A DNA stretch of 62,812 bases, counting the filler, from Rhabdomonas costata (lineage: Eukaryota), in the NCBI GenBank assembly GCA_019059605.1. It is 41 parts of 41 records of this genome, joined end to end, with 100 filler letters (N's around TTAATTAATTAA, not from the genome) between each part and the next. Parts side by side here need not be neighbours in the genome. Positions count along the whole stretch, not along the records: positions 12,282 to 13,716 come from JAHMHO010016039.1; positions 13,817 to 15,250 come from JAHMHO010016040.1; positions 15,351 to 16,783 come from JAHMHO010016041.1; positions 16,884 to 18,318 come from JAHMHO010016042.1; positions 18,419 to 19,853 come from JAHMHO010016043.1; positions 19,954 to 21,389 come from JAHMHO010016044.1; positions 21,490 to 22,924 come from JAHMHO010016045.1; positions 23,025 to 24,459 come from JAHMHO010016046.1; 33 more parts are not named here. One strand, written 5' to 3'. A program made the position numbers and the translations under genes. Under the pieces are notes generated by a model. That model did not search any database. It was given only the letters and a program-made list of their open reading frames with translations, and had not been told where the DNA came from. This document shows positions 12,613-23,779 of the stretch, one piece after another (positions within the stretch are counted from its first letter, which is position 1; each line of letters opens with the position of its first letter).

Positions 12613-14706
12613 CTGAACATAGCTTGTCGGTGGGGCTGACATTTTTTCGCTTTTTTATGAAAGTGAAAACTCTGTCAATAAAACAAACCGCAAATCGCAA
12701 AAACAACTATGGACGTGAATTCGCAGTACGACCTTCTATTTATCTGACGAGTTAATGACTCTACTTATTTTTTTGTGCTTTTTTTTTTTTGCCAAAAATC
12801 CCCTCATTCGTTGCCAGTGTAAGTTATTGCCTATTGCCTGGACCATGAACAACCTGTGCGCTGGTGCCGTGACATTTTTCCTGAAAATACCCTCATTCCT
12901 CTCGGATGAAAAAGGGGGCGAACTCGGTTGTGGGTCCTCAGTAGCATTTGCTACCAAGGGGTCGCTAGCAAATGAGCGTCGTCTGAATTCATGTGTTGTC
13001 GAGAGGAAGGAGCAGGGTGGTCTGAAGGGGTGCGCGAAGAAAAAGCAGGCACACCAAACGTTTAACCCACAAAAACGGTAAAAAGTGTATTTTGTGGCAC
13101 AAGGAAAGTGAAGGCTTTAAGAATCCTTCCGACGAAGTTATCTGAAAATATATAAGGCAGTGAGCGCAATAACCTAAATGAGTGTTAAGCCACCCTTATC
13201 GTGCCCGCATTAAAATATACACCCCGTGGTGCGACCATGAAAAAGAAATGAGAGATTATATACATTATATATAGAGGGCTACACAACGCCATTCTACCCG
13301 CCCTACAACAGGTGACACTTTTGGCTGCTGTAAACCTGGGCAAAATACAGTTCACAGCATTAAACATCCTTTCTTTATGTAAGGGATCCCCCGACTCCGA
13401 ATCTTCCCGCGGGTCAAAGATCCGCATGTCCTGCGGGTCAAGATTCGCAGGTTTCATGACGTGAATTCAGCCGGCAGCACCAGGAGCCCCGGTTTGATTT
13501 TTATGCAGGCCAATGTAACAATGCCGTAAAAGTATTAACAATTGGGGGTTCCACTTGATCCTTTTTTTATTATCCATTATTAATTCACAAAGATCGGCCG
13601 CGTGGACCCTTTTTTTCAATGGCGAACCCGTCACAGGGGTGGCGTCTCCCTCCGTTGACCCATTATTTTTTTTTGCCCACGTCCCCTTTCCGGGACGGCG
13701 ACATAATGTCGGCGGGNNNNNNNNNNNNNNNNNNNNNNNNNNNNNNNNNNNNNNNNNNNNTTAATTAATTAANNNNNNNNNNNNNNNNNNNNNNNNNNNN
13801 NNNNNNNNNNNNNNNNTGTGTTGGTGCTGGAAACGGATTTTCCGTACTCCTTTTTATGACGCAGTGGACAGTTCGCGGATGCTTTCGGGGGGCCGAACCC
13901 CGGGAAGCCCAGGCAGCAACTCCCGCGGAGTGTCTGCTGGGGATGACTTTCACGGAGGATCCGGAGCCGACGCTGGCGCGGGATCCTTTGACGATTAGTG
14001 GCGCGTGGCATGCCTCATCCTTACATTTCTACCACATTTTGTCGCCCTCCTGCGGCAAAGTTTTGCGCACCCTGTACGAATGGCCTCTGGCAGACTCTCG
14101 CCTATTCACGTCACTTGTTTGTTGCCTGATGTTTAAGTGCATACGCCATGTCCCTTGTGACTTTTCCGCTTGTGCCCGTGGTCTTCTCGAGCATTCTGAC
14201 ATTTATGGAAGGGTTAGGTGAGCCGGTTAAACGCCATGCCCATCACACTTTAGTGTTCAGGAATGCATGACTTCCATTAGCTGACTCACGAGCATGCATT
14301 TGATGGATTCTTACTACTTTTTTTTATACCGTTTCTTAAACAGAACAGGGCAATCGGAACGGCGCACCCCGCGTTCGTGTTGGTAAATTACAAGGGTATG
14401 TGGAAGGTCTGCTTCCTCTCCGAAGTCGAACAACCTCCGAGACGAACCGACTGCTGGTTTTGTTATCTGTCCGTACATCAATCCGTAATTCTAATGTTTC
14501 AGTCGGCTTAAGGATAAATCATGTGGTGCAGCTTCAACGAACTCGCGAAAAGTTCGGCCAAATCTTGATGCGACATCGAGGTGTTGGACACCTGCATATG
14601 TTGACTATTCACGGTTGAACAGTGCTCTATTGATTTTTTTGTTGTGCATTTCGACGATTGGTGCCGTTTTTGCATTTCGCTTTCATTTTGACATGGTTGC
14701 TGTTAG

Positions 14707-15250
14707 CCCCCGCGTCGCTTACGTCCAACCGGAGGAAGGGGAGGACGACGACGACTCCGAGCTCAACCATTTTGGCATTCGCAGCCTCGGACTCTCCCGA
14801 TGGCTCCGGGATTTTACCCGTCGCTCATCCTCCCCAAAACCTCGCAGCCCGGCGTACCCAGCCGAGCCTGGCCGAGCTGCCGATCGTTCGGCGGGGTTTA
14901 CTGGGAACCCAAGCTTGCCAGGGCCGCCCTCAATCCAAGGAGGCGCTGATGACTCTTCATGCATTGAGCGGTCAACGCCTCCACTTGCAGCTTTCACCCA
15001 CGCACAATTTCCGGAAGGTTTTCAACACCACCGACCACCAGGACTCTCGCCACCGCCGCGGTGCCTTCCAGTATCTTCAGTAGTGCCGTCCAGCCCGTGC
15101 AATACAATTCCCCGGATCCCTGCCGGCTCCCCACGGCACGGTCGTCCATCCCCGATGATGGGGTCTGCACAAGCCGCAGCTCTGTCGCGGCTGCTGGGTG
15201 GCGTGTGGCAGCGCAAGCTGGATGTGCTACAGCAGCGCGAGACGGAGCAG
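14707..15250 (+). CDS. Long low-complexity (Pro/Ser-rich, acidic patch) exon, hypothetical protein, partial
   Basis: Acceptor tgttag|c, open to the contig end. Contains an EEGEDDDDS patch and a terminal helical segment. Confidence 0.6.
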
Positions 15251-15831
15251 NNNNNNNNNNNNNNNNNNNNNNNNNNNNNNNNNNNNNNNNNNNNTTAATT
15301 AATTAANNNNNNNNNNNNNNNNNNNNNNNNNNNNNNNNNNNNNNNNNNNNTGTTTTTGGGCCAAACGGGTCACGAATAAAGGACATGCCCGCACAAACGG
15401 GGTGCCGACGGTCGGCGACGGTGGGCTAGCATAGACCCGCATAGGACCCTCGGCTAGACCGCAGTTACTGTTCAGAATGAAAAGACCGGAGTTACTAAAG
15501 ACCGGGCACATGAAAACTACCTGGATCTGGGGCAGCTCCACTGCGCTTCACGACCCAAGGCATCCTGAAAATACTCCACGGTACGCGCGTTTCCTCTTGA
15601 ACCCCTGCAAAATCTTATTAGAATCCCAGGAGATCCTGTCCCGATGCGGCCTGAACAGCATATCAGGTCGTCAAGTTTCTCGTGCCAGAACAAAATTTCC
15701 GGTCATGCAATCCTGAATAGTATCCCGGTCGAGCGGGACCCTCAGGTGTTGAAGAACGAGCTATGAACCAAGAAAGCATAACGATAAAAGATAGGGTTGC
15801 CGCATGATGGAAAGGTCAAGCCCCTGATTAC

Positions 15832-16141
15832 CCGCTTCCCATTAGCCTTGACCGAGTTCGCCGGGGCTTCCATAGAAAACGCCTCCAAAGATAGCGCCGC
15901 GACGGCCAGCTCCACATCGTAGTCATTCAGGCGCAGGCAACGCCGCAGCGCCTCGTCGTCATCTGCCAGCTCCAGTAGGCGCGGGTTATCGGCACTGCTA
16001 CTGGCGCTGAGCGCTGAGCGCATCGCTTCCAGAAGATCCTCGGGGACGTCCTGGTCCCTCCAGCCCTCACGATCGGAGCGCACTTTGGTCTTGCCAGAAC
16101 CGCGACTGTCAGAAGCCTTTCCATTGGCATCGGAACCCACA
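15832..16141 (-). CDS. Exon with a UBA/CUE-like three-helix domain (resembles the HBS1-like N-terminus)
   Basis: Peptide EDLLEAMRSAL...DDEALRRCLRLNDYDVELAVAAL has the UBA-like LxxxxxDVExAVxxL pattern. Acceptor attag|t and donor cgg|gtaatc. Confidence 0.6.
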
Positions 16142-16989
16142 CTAATTTGTGCGCTTGAGCCACTGCTCCTTCAGTTGCTGCAGAAAGAGAGGAAATATAC
16201 GAACACAATAGCTAAGTACCCCCATTCACCGACGTTCGGGTTGCACGACAACAAACCGCGATTGCCTAAAAGTTTGTGCACCCCTCCCCTCCTTCCCACC
16301 AGCATGTATCAGCGCATATTTTTGCGGAGACGACATCAAATGTCCCAGTGCAAAAACGAGGAAGGCGCACTCACACAGACAAAAGCAACGGACACTTCAA
16401 GTTGCCATATCATTTGGATTCAAAAATCCAAAGAGCAAGAGGAGGGAAAGTGAGAAAGCGTTTAGCAAACGAAACACGTAAGCTAAGAGTGAAAACCGAC
16501 AAGAAAGCAATTTCGCGACGCGGCAGATGTGAGAGAGCAAGAAAAAGGGGAAGTCAGCAAGAGGGGGGATCCAAAAGTTCAGCCAATACCTTTTCCATTG
16601 TAGGGTCAATGGCCCTGACACTCGCATAGTGCTCACCCTGATGGTAGGACAGGTGGATGACTTTTGTGGATCCTGGATTGCGAACTTCCATCCTAAAAAA
16701 GGGGTTGGCGCGGAATCGGCAACCTTTGCATGTTTTTAATGTTGAGAGTAGCTTCTACACAGTTCTTTCAACAACCACAAAAANNNNNNNNNNNNNNNNN
16801 NNNNNNNNNNNNNNNNNNNNNNNNNNNTTAATTAATTAANNNNNNNNNNNNNNNNNNNNNNNNNNNNNNNNNNNNNNNNNNNNGTTGTTGTTTTGGTTGT
16901 CATACAGAAAAATGCACTCGTATGCAGCTAGACGGGGAACACAGGATAGCGAGCAGAAGCCGAAACTCTTGAATAATTTTGCCACATAC

Positions 16990-18310
16990 CCACTTTCTTC
17001 AGCCGCAGCTGCAACGGGAGTGCCTTGATGTTCACCTGACTATGGGCCGTCTTCATGAACATGGAGTAACCAGAAACCTTCTAAAAATAAAGCAAAAAAA
17101 ATAAAGCAGAAAGCAAACACCAATCGCCACCTTGACCAGTGCGAAGGCGTACGAAAACAAAAGGAAACTGTCCTCCATTCAGGACACGCATACAGCCAAA
17201 CAACTCTCCTTCCCATTGAGCAACCCTCTCCCCCGCATCCATACACGTTCACGATTAAGAAAAGCTATAAAAAAGGGACCACGTGAATAACATAGGATAA
17301 AGGTATGTAAGGCAAACCCCAACACGAATTACGCAACCCTCTGAAAGGCAGCTACGAGAGAAGCAAATGAAGAAAACCTATCTTCCCGAGGCGATCATGC
17401 CAGGGCAAGGCCTTCACCTCTGGTCAAGCGGACGCAGCTTTGACAAAGGTATTATAGCCCGTGATCTTCTAAATGAGAAAGATACCACTGGGACCCAAAT
17501 AAAAAACACCAAGAAAACTCCCATGAGGTACTGTGGGTCATATGCATATAAAGGCTGCTGGAGAATCCCGACAAGCAGCGGTTATTGTTTTGGTTGCCAT
17601 ACAGAAAAATGCACTCGTATGCAGCCAGACGGGGGAAGGAACATGAAAAAAGGTTCCATTCAGTTCCATTGGAAATCGACTGGCAATCTTACAGCGCCCT
17701 TCAACTTTCTTCTGTCAAAACGGGAAACTTGCGCTCTGTCGTCAAAGATAACCTTTGCAGGAACGGGCGGGGAAATCGCTGCGGCCTGGGTGCGAAAGTG
17801 GTTCTTCTCCGTCTCAGAAGCCGCTTTCCACATCTGAGCTGAGGTGAGCGCCGCGCGCACTCTTTAAAAGCTCATGTACAGCGCAACCCCATCTTCCTGC
17901 ACCCCTTTCACCTCATCCCCATTATTTCGCGTGCACAACGAAACCACGACACAGGTCTGAAGGGAACGGTGCCAGGCCTTTACACGTTGTTGGTCACGTT
18001 ACATCCATACAATGGCATTCACGCTCCGAAGTAACAGGACAAAGAAGGGAAGTCCAAAGCTAGCTAGCTATCCAGATTTCAGACCTTCATTCCATCCCAG
18101 TTTACGGGCAAAACATCCCACGAAATTATCATGGGCCAACCGCATTAGAGGCACCGCATTTTTGGTTCACCAGAACACAGTATAGCGAGCAGAAGCCGAA
18201 ACTCTTGAATAAGGTTTGCCACATACCGACTTTCTTCAGCCGCAGCTGCAACAGGAGGTGCCTTGATGTTCGCCTGACCATGGGCCGTCTTCATGAACAT
18301 GGAGTAACCA
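16990..18310 (-). CDS. Tandem HMG-box-like repeat protein (KAP3/KAP4-like), partial and possibly pseudogenic
   Basis: Exons ~18310-18227, 17838-17753 and 17080-16990, all with GT-AG boundaries and compatible phases. They give GYSMFMKTAHGQANIKA..LQLRLKKV|AQMWKAASETEKNHFRTQAAAISPPVPAK|KVSGYSMFMKTAHSQVNIKALPLQLRLKKV. The first exon copy has a +1 indel near 18255. Confidence 0.72.
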
Positions 18311-18649
18311 CAAACCCCNNNNNNNNNNNNNNNNNNNNNNNNNNNNNNNNNNNNNNNNNNNNTTAATTAATTAANNNNNNNNNNNNNNNNNNNNNNNNNN
18401 NNNNNNNNNNNNNNNNNNTTTTTGATCTGTCGCTGCAGTTTCACATTCTCACTTGGAGCGCTAATGCTAAACTTATAGCCATCTATGTCCTTCCATTTCA
18501 TACAGACACCGTTACTCCAGAAGTCATGAATCTCAGCGTTTAGCACAAGGCTTCATATCACGCTACACGGACCAACAAACAGATTTCGCAGATAAGTTTA
18601 GCATTAGCGCTCCAAGTGAGAATGTGAAACTGCAGCGACAGATCAAAGA

Positions 18650-19560
18650 CATGCCTGACCACCAATACATCAATGATGTCACTTATTTCTATGTATTGTG
18701 AATACTTTTTGTCCGAAAGCCAATTGGAAGCTGCGGATGATGGTTGAATACTTGCATATCAACAACCTAATCTTGTTTGACAAGTGCATGCACAGCATTG
18801 ACGAGATTCTTCATCAAGGTGGAGAAAGGTTTTTATCAAGTCTTGACTTGCACTTGGTATTTCAAGAAATCCTTGCTCATCAGGAACACGTAAAGCATAC
18901 GGTTTACTACGGTTTATTCGCCTATTATTAATGTGGTTTGTTCTCTGTAACTCAACAGCTAGCTTCCAAATAACTATAGCTATCTTCCAAATAACCGCAA
19001 ACTTCATTTACTATCACATGCGGAATGTCAGCGGCATTAGAAGACTATACACACGCGGAATTATCAAGTGCCCAAGGACGTTGTGGACATGCGGAGTATT
19101 CTTTGAATGTGAAATTTATAACAAAAAATTCGCCGCGTATCATGGGAGCCTTGGGCAACCGCCGACGGAACTCATCTGGTGACAAGAGCGGTCATGGTTA
19201 CCAGCGTAGCAATAGGCGTCTGTGTCACCTAAGTATAGTCTCTTGCAGGCTCGAGTAGTAATTTACCCTGACACAAAAAAGCCTTTTCTTTTGCACACTG
19301 ACACACTGTGGCAGTTAGGTTCCGACGGCTTGCCAAGGTTCGTTGCATGTCGCCATACTACTCTAAACAAGTCACAAAAGAATTTCATCTTGCACGAAAA
19401 TGAGATATTTGCACTGTTGGACGTGTTGAACCACTGTTTGCATTACCTGCTGTAATCGGATATGCACATCTCTACTGACAACTCAGAGCTGATGTAGGTA
19501 TCTCCAGAATTTAGCGTACCAGTTGGGGTTGTTTGAAAAGCTGCAGCTTGAAAACAGCTC
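18650..19560 (+). mobile_element. Degenerate Ty3/gypsy LTR-retrotransposon pol (RT-RNase H) remnant
   Basis: Motifs KLRMMVEYLHIN, IDEIL, FLSSLDLHLVFQEI, GLFAYY*MWFVLCNSTASFQ, IYPDTKKPFLLHTD, LNKSQKNFILHENEIFALL, HYLL and TDNSEL, interrupted by stops and frameshifts. Confidence 0.9.
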
Positions 19561-21300
19561 ACACTCCAGAAAATAATAACACAAACCCCGTTGGTGCTCG
19601 ACAGCTACAACACTTAGGTCGGATTTTTTTGTCAACTCAGCTGATTAGAGAACAGCTTGTAGTAGCCCTTTCAGAAGCGCTTGCACTGCGCTTGGTCGTT
19701 CAAAGGCCCATGTGACGTTGCCTACGTGTTCTCGTTCACGCACGGCTACCTTAACTGAATTTGCCTGTTGCTCCCTGGTTGCCTGTTACTCCTGTTTCAC
19801 AACAGTATACTTACAGCCTTGCATTTCATCCACACTGGCTGCAAAACAAACCCNNNNNNNNNNNNNNNNNNNNNNNNNNNNNNNNNNNNNNNNNNNNTTA
19901 ATTAATTAANNNNNNNNNNNNNNNNNNNNNNNNNNNNNNNNNNNNNNNNNNNNGGGTGTTGGTGCTTTGTGACGTTTGTGGGAGTGTTGCTATTGATTTG
20001 GACTGAGGCTGCGGATGTCATAAGCAGTGTGGTGCATATGCGTACTAACACACCATGAATACATCCAGATGCAGAATACGCATATGCACCACACTGCTTA
20101 TGACATCCGCAGCCTCAATCCAAATCAATAGCAACATTCTCGGAAACGTCACAAAGCATCAACGCTCCAATGGCACACCAGAAACACACACACACACACA
20201 CACACACACCACGCTACACCCACCAGACCACGGTAACAACGGCATAAATATCATCACCACCACTAAGCTCTGCCAACCGCGCATGAAATTCAACCCACCA
20301 TCCCAATATCAACCCCAGCACCAAAAACCAAGCACCTACACTACCAAATACCGCCTCAACCAACATCCAACCTAAACTCGAAATACACGCTACAAACCAG
20401 CAACCCAGTACCCATAGTACACAGCAACAAGATATCACGAAACGCCCGCCATACACTACGACACCAATACCCAACTGCACGACTTGTACACCACCCACGT
20501 CAAAGCACAACACCCATCCTCGGTACCAGAGACACCCGCTACGAACCACTAGCTACCAACAGTACCACACATCAAATTCACAACCACCAGCGCAACACCA
20601 TCCCACATACCCGGTACTAAATGCCCGCCTACCCGTACTAAACGTTCAAAGCCCCAACGATACCAAAGCACTACCTGCACCGCGACTAAAGAACAAGCAT
20701 CGGAACACGCGGCACGTCCCTGTAAACACCAACAAGATGCCACCAAAAACCAACAGCAAACGCCACACCTACAACCAAACACCCCGCGACACCAAAAACC
20801 GGCCCCAAGCACCAACACACAATAAACGCCAGTCCAAACAGCCACAACACGGACACCGACAAACAAGAGCGCCGGCGACCCACAACCCGCCCAATTCGAA
20901 GACCAGAAAAAATACAGCTGCAAAAAGCGAGTCTCTGAACCCAGCACGCAATCCTCCCCCCTCCCCCGCGAAATAGGGAGGGCGGTTGTCTTTGCACACG
21001 TGGAATAAGGAAAAAGAAAAAAAAAGGAAATGAGATCACAGGGGATCTCACGGATTTTTGGTTGACATAGTCCGCACCACAGCAATAAAACCCAATTCCT
21101 CAATCCTTTCACACAAAAGAAAACCGGGAAGGCAGTGAATGACCATTCCATAACCAAACTTAACTCAAGCCGAAGCTAAAATTTAAAAGCAACCCCTACC
21201 CAGCCAGCGTCTTATTCTCAAGAGGAACCTCACGCGCATTCCCAACAGCCCGCGAGCGAAGCAAAACGACAACCCGGAATATTGGCAATTCCCCGCATAC

Positions 21301-21389
21301 TTAATAATCTGCTGCTCCTCTGCCGAGTCCTTCGCCACATTCGCGAACAGCGCCTGGTTCTCCGCGATGAGGCTCTGCCACCCCCACAA
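21301..21389 (-). CDS. Partial coding exon, hypothetical (QSLIAENQALFANVAKDSAEEQQIIK)
   Basis: High GC3, donor aa|gtatgc. Truncated by the contig end. Confidence 0.45.
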
Positions 21390-21893
21390 NNNNNNNNNNN
21401 NNNNNNNNNNNNNNNNNNNNNNNNNNNNNNNNNTTAATTAATTAANNNNNNNNNNNNNNNNNNNNNNNNNNNNNNNNNNNNNNNNNNNNTGTGGTGGGTG
21501 TGGTTGGGTTGTTTGGTCGGTCGAACCTGCGCCTTGCCGCCCTCCGGTGTGGCGCGGTGGGTATTTTGGGCTTCGCTAGGTTTTCACTAGGTTTGGTATG
21601 GTTAAATTTAGTGTGTGTGTGGGGGGTGTCTACGTATGTGTGAGACCTTTTCTTCTCTGACTTAGGGACAGAATTTCAGGCAACTTGCTTTCCTAACCAG
21701 AGGCACCTGCTGACCCCTGAGTTCCAAACGTCTTAGGAGACCAGCGTGATATGGATTCGAGCCAATTTCGGTGCCTGACAGTATCCGTACCAGTGTTCAC
21801 CCATCCAAAAACACGAACAATGTAAACGATAGAGGAGAGACGCAGGAGAATAAAGGAGGACAGAGATTCAAAAGAATCCAGCACAGGAGCAAC

Positions 21894-22382
21894 CTAGGTC
21901 GATCCATTTGAACATATCTGCGCAGTTGAAGCTGACGGCGTCAAGCTTTGCCAGGTCGACGTAGCACGCAATCTGCCGCTCCCGCATTCTCCGCAGGGCT
22001 TCACTCTGAAGCGGCAAAGTCCCCTCCTCTCCCCTCCCCTTCACCTCTAGAGAACTTGAAGCCCACGAATCGATTTGGGAAAAGTGCACGCCTACAAACT
22101 GGGCTGAACCAAAGACCAGCCAGCAGATTCGCCCTGTCCGCATAAATTTAAATTCAGCAGTGAAACGCAACAGTGAGAAGATAGAGTACAAGAGAGTCCA
22201 TAAGTCAAGAAAGCGATCGTCTCCAGCGAAATCGGGAAGGTAAAGAACCTCGGCCTGGCCATAGCCCGGGTAGGTGGCAAGGATCTGCATTGACCTGGTG
22301 AGGTGGTCGATCGCCAGCTGGTTGTTATTCCGCCGGGTGTCATAAGTCACAAGGCTTCGTGCCGCGGCGCCACCCTCTACCT
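21894..22382 (-). CDS. Two exons of a hypothetical helical protein
   Basis: Exons 22382-22249 and 22005-21894, with phase-0 GT-AG intron 22248-22006. They splice to ...AIDHLTRSMQILATYPGYGQAE|SEALRRMRERQIACYVDLAKLDAVSFNCADMFKWIDL. Confidence 0.6.
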
Positions 22383-22891
22383 CTGAAATCAGGTGAGTGT
22401 GCGCATCGCCCCAACTCCGTGCGCAGGTTCCCAGCGCGTGAATGCTCCCAGTTCGCCAAGTGCGCGATTCCATTACGCACCCTACCCTTGATACAATAAT
22501 GCATACTCGCGTGTAGATACTGAGGAATGGCGTCGTGTCCTTGAAGACACCATTGGAAGTGCAGGGCCACGACAGGTGCAAAGGTTCCAGAATGCCAGAG
22601 AGCAGTCCTAATTTTAAGCTGAATGGCTGAATGGGACATCCACATGGGCGGACTCGCCCACCGAGGGAACCCAGGTGCGTGAAAGTGAAACCGTTCAAAC
22701 TATGTGAGGCTTCCTCAGATACGATCACCACCGTTTAACGACCGCAGGGGACTTCAACACAAATCATTCATACGAACCCTGTGAGGAAAGGTACAGTGCA
22801 ACCCCAAATCCAAACCAGTTCCCACAATTGACTGGGGTGATACGTTTCTTGAATACGGGCAACAATGGTGCCCGGCTTCAAACACTTTGTG

Positions 22892-22922
<31 letters not shown>

Positions 22923-23579
22923 TTNNNNNNNNNNNNNNNNNNNNNNNNNNNNNNNNNNNNNNNNNNNNTTAATTAATTAANNNNNNNNNNNNNNNNNNNN
23001 NNNNNNNNNNNNNNNNNNNNNNNNGTTTGGGCAACCGGGGCGAAGGGCATTTTTGTTTAACTCTGTCCGTTTGTTCGCATTGTATATGCTGGTGCGATGA
23101 AAAGCCGGAGAGGAAATGCACAGAGGGGAAGGAAAGTGTGTATGAAAAGAAAAAGCACTAACTCAAGACACGCGCAGCCTATGTGTGCTCGCAAAGAAGG
23201 CATTTTCGGACGTGGGTCGAACGCCGGCTTTCCAGACAACAGCTCAGGACCCTCTGCTTGCCCAATGTGCCCCAGGCTTATATGAAACAAAAACTTGCGA
23301 AAGGCTGTGACCTTCCCCCACGCATGCCATCAGTGCGGGAGGGGTTTCTCGGAAGCTCGGAAGCTCCCAGTAGTGCTCCACATCAAACCACCGTCAACCG
23401 AAGACTTGCTAAAATCTGCGTACCTTTGGGAATGTGTCTTGTCTTTTCTGAAAGGGCTGAACTTCCCTGCACCTCTCTCTTATTCCTACCGTACCGATTT
23501 TCTTTCTCTCTTTCCTTTGTCCCACGTACCCATTCTCCGGGTGAGTGGAATGGAGTGGGGGGGGGGGCTGGCGCTGCAG

Positions 23580-23779
23580 TTTTGCTCCACAACCGCTTCG
23601 TTGAGTGCTTGCTGCAGCGGATCCAGCGGGACGCCGCGGAGTTTCGGGAAGGCAGCGACCGGTATGACGTGTGCTTTTTTTCTGAGCTTCCCATTCATTT
23701 TTTCTGGTTCGTCTTCCGCGACTCTTCTTGTAGGCTGACTCCTGTGCTGCCCAACTACAGCAACAATGAACTTCGGGAG
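23580..23779 (+). CDS. Two short exons of a hypothetical protein
   Basis: Exons 23580-23661 and 23734-23779, with a 72-nt GT-AG intron. Peptide LLHNRFVECLLQRIQRDAAEFREGSDRLTPVLPNYSNNELRE. Confidence 0.55.

Noticed and set aside
20214-21157. Long Val/Gly/Cys/Trp-rich minus-strand ORFs
   Set aside because: These are by-products of the G/T-skewed composition, with no protein-like signal.
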